Source: Candidatus Daviesbacteria bacterium (GTDB lineage Bacteria > Patescibacteriota > Microgenomatia > Daviesbacterales > UBA10151). Taken from it: a DNA stretch of 64,000 nucleotides. The notes beneath the pieces were generated by a model. The model saw only the letters and a list, made by a program, of their open reading frames with translations. It was not told where the DNA came from and did not search any database. Both the position numbers and the translations under genes were made by a program. The stretch is taken from contig JAQUSJ010000001.1 in NCBI GenBank assembly GCA_028715175.1, positions 546,386 through 610,385 of the forward strand. Direction: 5' to 3'. The stretch's first letter is position 1; every line of letters begins with the position of its first letter. Shown here in pieces: positions 56,565 to 64,000 of the stretch.

Positions 56565-56798
56565 TTATCCTAAGTGGCTATCCCAACTTCTAATCAGCCT
56601 CCTTACTGCTTGAAGGTAGTTAAAAATTGGGTCAGACATACCTTCAGGCTTAATCCCTAACTCAAGATCCTTCTGATATGGTTCCAAATTCATTTTTATA
56701 TATGAAGAATATTCTCCACTGCTAAGCATCTCTTGCCAAGCACTATCAACTTCCTGCGAAACGGAGTCTTCAACCAATCTACGTTCAGTTCTTACCAT
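56565..56798 (-). CDS. Small hypothetical protein
   Basis: ORF with TATAAT 9 nt upstream. Confidence 0.5.
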   Translation of the reverse strand: MVRTERRLVEDSVSQEVDSAWQEMLSSGEYSSYIKMNLEPYQKDLELGIKPEGMSDPIFNYLQAVRRLIRSWDSHLG

Positions 56799-56839
56799 AA
56801 TAACAGCATTATATCAGTAAAGTGTTGTATGCAGTAATT

Positions 56840-58210
<1,371 letters not shown>

Positions 58211-58213
58211 TTA

Positions 58214-59125
58214 TTACTCCATAGCAAGCGCAGCCGTTGTTATTTCCAAAAGTTCTTTGGTAATTGAATCTTGTCGAGTTTGATTATAAGTAAGATTCAA
58301 ATCCTCCACAAGCTCTAAGGCACTGTCTGTGGCATTTTGCATAGCAATCATCCTGGCAGAATGTTCGGAAGCCTTAGTTTCCAGAAGAGACTGGTAAATT
58401 TTGATTTGAAGATGATGGACTAAAATATAATCCAATAATTTATCCGGATCCGGCTCAAAAAGAAATTCACTACCTCCTGTGTCATTCCCGCGCATGCGGG
58501 AATCTAATTCCGAACGAGACTCTTTTAATTGGATCCCTGCATCCGCAGGGATGACAGTTTCAAGATCAATGGGCAAGAGCTTAACTTTTAGGGCTTCCTG
58601 GCGGAGAGTTGAGCCGAAGTGAGGATAAACAATGTAAGCCTCTCCGATTTCTTTAGCTAAAAATGCATCCATCACCAGCTTTGCCAGCTGCGCTGCCTCT
58701 CTAAATGTCACTACATCCAAATTCTCAAAATCCGCCTGTAAATTTTTTCCGGACCTGGCTATAAAATTTCTGCCTTTCTTGCCAACCGTGTAAAAAACAG
58801 TATCAACAGAAAAAAATCCTGAAGCAGTTACTAACCTGAACAGATTAGTATTTAAAGCCCCGCACAGGCTTTTGTCTGTTGTCAGCAGAACCACTCCTGT
58901 TGTTTTTGTGTCGTTGCCGGAAAGCAAAGGATGAGATTCAATCTCTACCAAAGGCAAAAGCCTTTTTAAGGCTTCACCTAAATTAAAGCTGTAGGGCCTG
59001 CCGTTTAAAGCTTGGGATTGCGCCCGTTTCATTTTGGTTGCCGCCACCATCTGCATGGCTTTGGTAATCTGGGCTGTATTTTTAACAGACTTTATTCTTC
59101 TTCTTAGCTCTCTAGTGTTAGCCAT
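58214..59125 (-). CDS. atpG: ATP synthase F1 gamma subunit
   Basis: RIKSVKNT.QIT.AM and RQ..IT.EL motifs; contains a repeat insert. Confidence 0.96.
   Translation of the reverse strand: MANTRELRRRIKSVKNTAQITKAMQMVAATKMKRAQSQALNGRPYSFNLGEALKRLLPLVEIESHPLLSGNDTKTTGVVLLTTDKSLCGALNTNLFRLVTASGFFSVDTVFYTVGKKGRNFIARSGKNLQADFENLDVVTFREAAQLAKLVMDAFLAKEIGEAYIVYPHFGSTLRQEALKVKLLPIDLETVIPADAGIQLKESRSELDSRMRGNDTGGSEFLFEPDPDKLLDYILVHHLQIKIYQSLLETKASEHSARMIAMQNATDSALELVEDLNLTYNQTRQDSITKELLEITTAALAME
58480..58556. repeat. TGTCAT-type double-hairpin repeat (family E) inside atpG
   Basis: TGTCATTCCCGCGCATGCGGGAATC...GGATCCCTGCATCCGCAGGGATGACA. Confidence 0.88.
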
Positions 59126-59175
59126 AATGCTTAGTAATAAGTACAAAAGTAACAAGGCATAAGTTAGTTAACTTG

Positions 59176-60693
59176 TCACTTGTTACTTGTCTCTTTTTTA
59201 GCTCCTTTCATAAATATCCCTACAAATTCTTTAGTTATTTTCTCAAGTTCGCGAACTATCTTCTCATCCAATTCTTTCTTGGATGCTATTTCAGCAAGCA
59301 GTTTTTTCTCCCGAAGTTTAATATGAGCGATATACTTTTGTTCAAATTCCCGCACCTTATCAACTTCTATCTCATCCAAAAACCCGTTTGTGACTGCCCA
59401 AAGAGAAACCACTTGTTCTTCAACCGGAACAGGATTAAACGGAGCCTGCTTTAAGATTTCCGTAATCCTTTTTCCCCGTTCTATCTGGGATTTTGTGGCG
59501 GCATCCAAATCTGAGGAAAATTGGGCAAAAGCTTGCAAAGCCCTGAATTGGGCCAAATCTAACCGGAGTTTTCCTGCCACTGCCTTCATAGCTTTTATTT
59601 GAGCATCACCGCCAACCCTGGAAACAGATAAACCCACGTTAACAGCCGGCCTGATTCCGGCAAAAAACAGGTCTGATTCTAAATAGATCTGTCCATCGGT
59701 TATTGATATAACATTGGTCGGAATATACGCTGAAACATCACCTGCTTGTGTCTCAATAATCGGCAGGGCAGTAAACGATCCCCCTCCGAAGTCTTTGTTT
59801 AGTTTTGCAGCCCGCTCGAGTAATCTGGAGTGAAGATAAAATACGTCTCCGGGATAAGCTTCACGGCCTGACGGACGCCGAAGAAGCAGCGACATTTGTC
59901 TGTATGCCCAGGCATGTTTGGAAAGGTCATCGTAAATAATTAAAGCTTCCCTGCCTTGATCCATAAAATATTCACCCATGGCACAACCGCTGTATGGAGC
60001 CAGATACTGCATGGTGGCAGAATCAGAAGCGGAGGCGGAAACTACAATGGTGTGTTCCATGGCTCCGGATTCCTCCAATTTAGCTACCAGTTGGGCAACT
60101 TTGGAAGTTTTCTGACCGATTGCAACATAAATACAAATAACGTCTTTTTGATTAATAATCGTATCTATAGCAATGGTAGTTTTGCCGGTATTTCTATCAC
60201 CAATAATAAGCTCCCGCTGCCCCCGGCCAATCGGGATCATGGCATCAATTGCTTTAATGCCTGTTTGCAGCGGAGTATTGACTGATTGCCGGGTAATAAC
60301 ACCGGGCGCAATCTTTTCCACCGGGTAATGGTCTTTAACCTTGATTACCCCTTTACCGTCAATTGGATTGCCCAAAGCATCAACAACACGGCCAATTAAT
60401 TCTTTGCCAACCGGAACCTGTAAAACAGTACTTGTAGTTTTGACTTTGTCTCCCTCTTTTACTTTTGTAAAATCCCCAAAAATAACTGCCCCGACATTAT
60501 ATTGTTCCAAATTCAAAGCCAGGCCATAAATCCCATTACCAAAATCAATCAGTTCAGAGTATTGAACATCCGATAAACCTTCAATCCTTGCTACTCCGTC
60601 ACCAATTTCAGTAACCACACCCGCATTTTCTCTCTGAGCTTTAAGTTTAAGTCCTTTTATTTGATTTTCTATATCGGCAATTAAATCAGCCAC
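59176..60693 (-). CDS. atpA: ATP synthase F1 alpha subunit
   Basis: GDRNTGKT and [19 protein letters not shown] motifs. Confidence 0.98.
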   Translation of the reverse strand: MADLIADIENQIKGLKLKAQRENAGVVTEIGDGVARIEGLSDVQYSELIDFGNGIYGLALNLEQYNVGAVIFGDFTKVKEGDKVKTTSTVLQVPVGKELIGRVVDALGNPIDGKGVIKVKDHYPVEKIAPGVITRQSVNTPLQTGIKAIDAMIPIGRGQRELIIGDRNTGKTTIAIDTIINQKDVICIYVAIGQKTSKVAQLVAKLEESGAMEHTIVVSASASDSATMQYLAPYSGCAMGEYFMDQGREALIIYDDLSKHAWAYRQMSLLLRRPSGREAYPGDVFYLHSRLLERAAKLNKDFGGGSFTALPIIETQAGDVSAYIPTNVISITDGQIYLESDLFFAGIRPAVNVGLSVSRVGGDAQIKAMKAVAGKLRLDLAQFRALQAFAQFSSDLDAATKSQIERGKRITEILKQAPFNPVPVEEQVVSLWAVTNGFLDEIEVDKVREFEQKYIAHIKLREKKLLAEIASKKELDEKIVRELEKITKEFVGIFMKGAKKETSNK

Positions 60694-61078
60694 TGATTAC
60701 CTCCTTCACCTGGTTAATTCCCCCTAAAATCGATTCATCCCAAATCTCATCACCTACTTTTAATTTAAATCCGCCCAAGATTTCCGGGTTAATACTCACT
60801 AAAACTTTAGTGATTTCAGCTTTTTTCTCCATCAGCTTTTTTACCTTCTTAATTTGAGCAGGGGAGAGCGGCACCACTGTTTCGATATATAATGTATGTT
60901 CTCTTTCAATTCTTCGTATTCCTTTCAAATATTCCAATAAAGCATGAATCGCTTCATGCCTTGGTAGAAATTTGAGGGCTTTAATTGACCCGGTCACTTG
61001 ATGCTCAAGCATTCTGCCGTCTTTAAAGCTGCCGTTCACCAATTTAGCGACCTTTTTTCGTAACTCTTTTTTTGTCAT
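60686..61078 (-). CDS. atpH: ATP synthase F1 delta subunit (short)
   Basis: [14 protein letters not shown]...D.S, in operon position. Confidence 0.85.
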   Translation of the reverse strand: MTKKELRKKVAKLVNGSFKDGRMLEHQVTGSIKALKFLPRHEAIHALLEYLKGIRRIEREHTLYIETVVPLSPAQIKKVKKLMEKKAEITKVLVSINPEILGGFKLKVGDEIWDESILGGINQVKEVISG

Positions 61079-61569
61079 GACAAGTTTTTAACACTCCTTT
61101 CAATTATCTCTCTTTGGTCTTTTTTGTTTAAAATCTTACCTGTTACTTTTTGTAATCCTACTGCCACAATCTCCGCTACCTTATTCATTACTTCCTGCTG
61201 CATTTTTGCAGTTTCAGCGCGAGCAGCTTCTTCGCTCTTTTTAATTAACTCTTCAGCCATTCTGCCGGCCCTTATTTTGGTCTCCTCAAGATACAATACA
61301 CCTTCTTTTTTTGATTCATCAATTATTTTCTGCGCTTCGTTTGCAGCTTTACCGATCATAGCATCTATTTTCTCATTGGTTTCCTGCAATCTTTTCTCAA
61401 TCTCTTCCGCATTTTTTAAACTTTCTGCGATCCTTTTTTTACGCTCCTCTAAAACTTTTAAGATTGGCTTATACATAAACTTCTTCAAGATAAAAAGAAG
61501 TATCGCAAAATTAACTGCCTGCGCGGCTAAAAGTATTGGATTTATCCCAAATTCGTTTAATATTTCCAT
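61075..61569 (-). CDS. atpF: ATP synthase Fo subunit b
   Basis: Q.VNF.IL..IL.KF.YKPI...LEER motif. Confidence 0.93.
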   Translation of the reverse strand: MEILNEFGINPILLAAQAVNFAILLFILKKFMYKPILKVLEERKKRIAESLKNAEEIEKRLQETNEKIDAMIGKAANEAQKIIDESKKEGVLYLEETKIRAGRMAEELIKKSEEAARAETAKMQQEVMNKVAEIVAVGLQKVTGKILNKKDQREIIERSVKNLS

Positions 61570-61573
61570 AAAT

Positions 61574-61651
61574 AGCTATCAGCCATCAGACATCAGTCGT
61601 CAGACAATCACAATAAATCTGATAGCTGAAGACTGAAAGCTGACGACTATT
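61574..61651. repeat. Inverted heptamer array between atpE and atpF
   Basis: Shares AGCTATCAG and ACTGAAAGCTGACGACTATT with 38269-38350. Confidence 0.75.
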
Positions 61652-61853
61652 TAATAAACGCTATCACCAAAGCATAAATGGCAATAGCTTCTGCAAAGGC
61701 CATGCCTAAAAGCATAACCGGCAAAATTTTAGTCTGTGCGTCTGGATTTCGGCCAATTGCTTCCATTGCTTTCATACCAATAATACCGATGGCTAAAGCC
61801 GGAAACATTGCTCCCAATGCAATAGTGAAACCTGATGCAAAATTTTCTGGCAT
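61647..61853 (-). CDS. atpE: ATP synthase Fo subunit c
   Basis: IGRNP loop and FAEAIAIY. Confidence 0.95.
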   Translation of the reverse strand: MPENFASGFTIALGAMFPALAIGIIGMKAMEAIGRNPDAQTKILPVMLLGMAFAEAIAIYALVIAFIK

Positions 61854-61898
61854 TTTATCTCCTTTCTCGTCCAAAGGACGACTAATCTTTGGCTAATT

Positions 61899-62618
61899 TT
61901 AATGCGCTTCGTGTTTTTCTGACAATAACACCATAAAAACAAGCGTCAACATCATAAAAACAGCCGCCTGTACAAATCCTACAATAATTTCCAGAAAATA
62001 AAAAGGGAGCGGCGCTATAAAAGCAAAAATCGATGAAACTGTTGATAGCACCACTTCACCTGCAAATATATTACCAAAAAGCCTGAAAGATAAGGATACT
62101 ATTTTAGTCAACTCGGAAACGATCTCCAAAATTCCCACGAATAAAAATATCGGGTTTAAACTAAACCATTTACTTAAGTAACCTAAAAAACCCAGGTATC
62201 TTATTGCAAAAGAATGGGTTAAAAAAGCAGAAGTCAAGGCCAGAGCTAAAGTCATATTTAAATCAGAATTCATGGAACGAAGCAGCGGCTCTTTATCAAA
62301 AGTAATGGTTGCAAACCCTGGCAAAAGTCCGATCCAGTTTGCGGCCAAAATAAACAAAAAAAAGGTCATGACCACCGGAAAAAACACTTTGGCTTTTTTT
62401 TCTCCTGCCAAATCCGAAACTGTAGTGTATCCAAAATCTAACACCATCTCAAATAGATTTTGTAAACCGGAGGGAACAAGTTGCACCTTGCGGGTAGCAA
62501 GGATTGACAAGACAACAAGAATAAACATTGTGATCCAGCTTACCAAAAGAGTATTGGTGATCGGGAGATTTTTAAAATACCCCAAAATTTCAGGTTTTAA
62601 GACTATTGCACTTTCCAT
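61899..62618 (-). CDS. atpB: ATP synthase Fo subunit a
   Basis: SLSFRLFGNIFAGE and QA.VF..LT motifs. Confidence 0.96.
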   Translation of the reverse strand: MESAIVLKPEILGYFKNLPITNTLLVSWITMFILVVLSILATRKVQLVPSGLQNLFEMVLDFGYTTVSDLAGEKKAKVFFPVVMTFFLFILAANWIGLLPGFATITFDKEPLLRSMNSDLNMTLALALTSAFLTHSFAIRYLGFLGYLSKWFSLNPIFLFVGILEIVSELTKIVSLSFRLFGNIFAGEVVLSTVSSIFAFIAPLPFYFLEIIVGFVQAAVFMMLTLVFMVLLSEKHEAH

Positions 62619-62628
62619 GATTCTCTCC

Positions 62629-62656
62629 TGTCATCCCGTACTTGATACGGGATCTA
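62629..62656. repeat. TGTCAT-type hairpin (family E, half element)
   Basis: TGTCATCCCGTA-CTTGA-TACGGGATCTA upstream of atpB. Confidence 0.7.
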
Positions 62657-62700
62657 TATAGATATTGTGCTTGAATTCCCAACATTTTACAAGAAGAAAA

Positions 62701-64000
62701 TTAATCTAATTTTTCCCTTTGCGTCCTAAGGAAGAGGAACCATTGTTCAAAAAAGGCAAAAATTCCTTTGAATGGAGTTTCAATTATAAAATCAAATATA
62801 AAAAGAATTATGTTTATTTGTGAGATTGCCATCGTTAATCTTCTTCCGACCTGTATAACAGGCAGGAAGAAAAAGTTAAAAAATAAAGAGCCAAAATTAT
62901 CCTTCCTATCCTTCATGGTATACATATTGGCTGTCCGATTTATCCGATATGTCACAAACGATACAATTGCCAAGAAAAAGATAAAGATAGCCTGAGAAAG
63001 TGGATTAACGTGCAGCTTGGTCAAAATAAACACCATCGCCCCAAAGCTTACAACAAAAGTGGTAAGCCAAAGTAGGATAAACAGTGTCCAAAACACCGGC
63101 CCTGTTTTGCCAGGTTTTTTCTTAACCGCTAAAGGCGGATCTAACTCCGGAGGATCATCATATAAAATAGTATCTATTTTTCGGAGGATTCTCATTGAAT
63201 TATCTCTACCTGGACTTTTAATGAAAAACCCAACTATGATCATCAGAAGCGGCGGCGTGAGAGTATTTAATGCCATGGATGACCATATTACATAACCGTA
63301 AATGAATCTTTCAAAAGTTCCTTCCACAAGCAAAGCAAAAATTGCTTTTGTAAAAAATATAAAAATAACGCTCCTGATAATAGCTCTTCTGACTTTCCCT
63401 GCAATTGTCTTATATCTGAAATTGCAGGCTGAAAGCACCTCCGCATTCATAAGGTCTTCATCTGCTGCCAGCGCAGAAGCTTTTCCCCGATGTTTTCTTA
63501 AAACATCATCCAGAATCAAAAAGGGGATAACCTGGTTTTTAATGTATGTGTAAATCTTATCTTTGGCAGGATGTTTAAATTGATATTCTATTTGTGCCAG
63601 TGCTTTTGGAAAATGTTCAGCGATTTTGTCTAGATTGTCTTTATTTAATCTTTCAAAATACTGTTTGAATAAATGGTAGCGGAGGAGTGCCAAATCATCA
63701 CTGGCATATGCCCTTCTTGCAGCTATAAAAACCTGTAAATCCCGGGTTTCTTCAGAATCATCAGATATTGCAATTTTGTCCTTAAAAATCCTAAATATGA
63801 AGTTGCTCATGATATCTTTTGGATCATTTGGCTTTAGAATATGTTCAATTTCCGAAGACAAAAGATTCAAAATCCATTCACTTATTAATCCTTTGTTTAT
63901 GCGGTGCTTTTTATCGATCTCTGCCTCTAAATTCAAGTACAAATCTATAATCTCTGCGACTTCTGTTACTAAAGACTCCGGCACCGATGAATCAGGAAAA
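62701..64000 (-). CDS. Hypothetical membrane protein, 5'-truncated by the window edge
   Basis: The frame stays open to the window end; C-terminal TM helices. Confidence 0.75.
   Translation of the reverse strand, partial: FPDSSVPESLVTEVAEIIDLYLNLEAEIDKKHRINKGLISEWILNLLSSEIEHILKPNDPKDIMSNFIFRIFKDKIAISDDSEETRDLQVFIAARRAYASDDLALLRYHLFKQYFERLNKDNLDKIAEHFPKALAQIEYQFKHPAKDKIYTYIKNQVIPFLILDDVLRKHRGKASALAADEDLMNAEVLSACNFRYKTIAGKVRRAIIRSVIFIFFTKAIFALLVEGTFERFIYGYVIWSSMALNTLTPPLLMIIVGFFIKSPGRDNSMRILRKIDTILYDDPPELDPPLAVKKKPGKTGPVFWTLFILLWLTTFVVSFGAMVFILTKLHVNPLSQAIFIFFLAIVSFVTYRINRTANMYTMKDRKDNFGSLFFNFFFLPVIQVGRRLTMAISQINIILFIFDFIIETPFKGIFAFFEQWFLFLRTQREKLD

Overview
This window most likely comes from a Patescibacteria/CPR (Microgenomates-like) genome using the standard genetic code; that call is inferred from the C1-G72 tRNA-Tyr, the truncated ThrRS and PheT, and the gene content. 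Bases 364-10740 are a ~10.4 kb integrative element inserted at the 3' end of tRNA-Gly(TCC) and bounded by a 16-bp direct repeat. Its large serine recombinase reads through the att site, so integration and excision would swap the enzyme's C-terminus. The element also carries a helicase-nuclease, a DUF4365-like nuclease, a stand-alone RarA/MgsA C-terminal domain, several small regulators and a ~240-nt highly structured non-coding segment. The rest of the window is mostly host backbone: pyrD, a C-R-M restriction-modification cassette, a repeat-flanked Fic gene, membrane glycosyltransferases, a MacAB-like ABC transporter, glmS, yvcK, murT-gatD, thrS-infC-rpmI-rplT-pheS-pheT, PBP1A, three GT2 genes and an interrupted F1Fo ATP synthase operon. 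There are 12 intact tRNA genes and several tRNA fragments. At least five families of short palindromic repeats and heptamer arrays recur across the window, many in frame inside housekeeping genes. Many genes look leaderless. Family assignments come from recognising motifs by eye; no searches were run.
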